A stretch of DNA of 61,663 nucleotides from Basidiobolus meristosporus CBS 931.73 (lineage: Eukaryota; Fungi; Basidiobolomycota), in assembly GCA_002104905.1 (NCBI GenBank), contig MCFE01000532.1, positions 1 to 61,663 of the forward strand. Direction: 5' to 3'. The notes beneath the pieces are model-generated. The model ran no database searches, was not told where the DNA came from, and saw nothing but the letters and a program-made list of their open reading frames with translations. Position 1 is the stretch's first letter; each line of letters starts with the position of its first letter. The translations under genes were made by a program, and so were the position numbers. Of this stretch, positions 59,938-61,663 are shown one piece after another.

Positions 59938-61663
59938 ATGGACAAGACTACTTTGACTCAAAGCCGTAAGAGAAGAGAAAAAAGACCATGTGGCTATTGT
60001 GGCAAGCCTCTCAGCCATGAAGCATGCAGACAGCATAGGAAGTATTACAAGGATCACTGCCAGTGTTTTGCCACCCAAGTCATATTTGACCATTGATTGG
60101 TCACTACTGTACCAACATTATCTTGCCGGCCAGTTGATACTTCTATATAGCACCTGGCTGTCTTTGTCACCTTGTGCAAACTGAGTCAGGTGAGTTTGTG
60201 ACGCCTTTAGACTCACCTCAGTCCTTCTGAATATGGCATGCAGAGTGATAGCTCTGACAAAGAAGGTTCACTGATGGATTTTGAGCCTATCTCCCCTAAC
60301 AACAGTACCACGTATGAGCCTGGTCAAATCCCTATATGCAATGAGACAACACCCGTTGAGACAAATGCCAAGGATACTTTATGGAGCCAAGTGAGCCCAG
60401 TAATCCATCTACTGGTGAATGATGTGATGTTGTGGCAGAGAAGTGGCGCGTTTCCACTAATATCAGTAATGGGGGCTTTGAGGATTTATTACTACTTCTT
60501 GCCAAAATCATACCGGGATGCAACTTACCATGTACATGGTACAAGTGGACAACCATCATGCGGCTGGCAACATATGATCCAGAGACTGTCCTGATTCCAG
60601 CATGTGTTAACAGTTGCATGGCATTCACATCCAAAAATGCTACCATTGCAACATGTCCAAATTGTCAGGAATCCACCACCATTGAGGGAAAACATTGTTC
60701 ACACTCTGGATATATTCCGGTCATACCCTAGTCTGAGGAAGCTGATGCAGTCCAACAAATATTGCAAAGCTATACAGTACCGCACTCAGTATCAATCAAG
60801 CGCAAACATATCCAATATATTTGATGGCAAACATTACAAACAGCTAAGAAGCAAGGGCTACTTTGAAGGTATGTATGACCATGCCTTTGCTTTAGCACTT
60901 GATGGATTCTCATTAAACAAGTACTCTACCAGCAAATCCTGCTGGCCACTGATTCTCATCAATCTGAATCTGCCGCCCATCTTACGGTATCAGAGCAATA
61001 ATCTGATGGTAGTCTCACTGGTATCTGGGCCTAAATCACCATCCAACCTGGATAGCTACCTGTATCCATTGCTGAATGAATTTTGTATGCTTTCCAGCGG
61101 GATAACGGTGAATGGCCGTCATGTAAAAGCGCATATTATTATCTGCATTGGAGATACCCCAGCCATCAGCAAGATAGCAGGTTTTTCTGGGCACAATGGA
61201 CGGTATTGCTGTTGAATGTGTGAGATCCAGGGGATTTACTCCATAACTCACACACATTATTATTACCCAAACACCAGCACTAAGAACATCATCTTTCCAC
61301 AGAGAGAACATACAGAAGTAAGCATGCAATTGCAGCAAAGTTGGCAAGCTATAAGCCATTGGCCGGAATATGGAATCAATTGGAAACCGGAGATACTTAA
61401 GATAGAGGGTATCTGTTGGAGCAAAAGCTTTCCACTGGGAGCAATGCATTTGCTTTTCAACAATATCCCTATACTGATGACCAAGTTGTACATGGGGCAT
61501 TTCAAGCTAAATGAGCCCTTTGAGATACCGGAGAAATTTGAAAAAATTGGCAAGATATTACAGAGTATCCGCTACCCTAAGTACTTCTCACGGGCTCCAA
61601 TAAATACTCATACGCATATGCAACAATACAAATGCAAAGACTGGATGAACTGGATATGTATTT
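59938..61663 (+). pseudogene. CACTA/EnSpm (Transposase_21/Tnp2-like) transposase, with a frameshift at ~60728 and a stop at 61213; runs off the window; start uncertain
   Basis: ACVNSCMAF...CPNC, IFDGKHY, ALALDGF, SCWPLILINLNLPP..RY, LDSYLYPL, IGDTPA...GHNG..CC*MC, SFPLGAMHLLFNNI, FSRAP...KCKDW motifs. Confidence 0.9.

Larger units (their letters stand above)
57316..61663 (+). mobile_element. CACTA/EnSpm-type DNA transposon, decayed, right end beyond the window
   Basis: Candidate terminus CCCTATGAAAAA at the gag break point; subterminal echoes (ccattgaaaaataattg, two CCGTCA); transposase remnants on the plus strand and an accessory ORF on the minus strand. Confidence 0.85.

Noticed and set aside
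29900-61215. In-frame TAG/TAA/TGA in TE ORFs as read-through, selenocysteine or an alternative genetic code
   Set aside because: Host genes use the standard code without such stops, and the stops co-occur with frameshifts and damaged motifs in decayed elements.
1-61663. tRNA, rRNA or CRISPR arrays
   Set aside because: No cloverleaf with T-loop consensus, rRNA-like segment or regularly spaced short repeat array was seen; tRNAscan-SE, Infernal and a CRISPR finder would settle it.

Overview
Eukaryotic genomic DNA from an intron-rich fungus with short GT-AG introns of about 55-130 nt. The gene repertoire suggests an early-diverging lineage (Zoopagomycota/Mucoromycota, Basidiobolus-like); this is inference only. 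Host genes in order: the 3' part of a DLT1-like gene, a ~1000-aa disordered protein, a signal peptide/FN2-like/TM/SH3 membrane protein, BLOC1S2, WAPL, DUS3, a rhomboid-like/GT54-like fusion, two intact tandem SEC11 paralogs, Csm1/Pcs1, a GPI-anchored HExxH metalloprotease, EHD3/HIBCH, MGR2/ROMO1 and an intronless SulP sulfate permease. Transposons: a full-length but decayed Ty1/Copia element (27090-31757, TATTT TSD), a solo LTR of the same family (GAAAG TSD) nested in a gag relic, several older LTR relics, a decayed CACTA/EnSpm element running off the right end, and probable very degraded L1/Tx1-like LINE relics in most long intergenic gaps. Most notable: (1) the SEC11 pair is identical through its introns yet differs at a duplicated catalytic-Asp loop and at the C-terminal helix; (2) a receptor-like protein has an animal-type fibronectin type II cysteine pattern outside and an SH3 domain inside; (3) the Copia family appears to insert into its own relics and is strongly CpG-depleted. 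I found no tRNA, rRNA or CRISPR array. All alignments and counts were done by eye.
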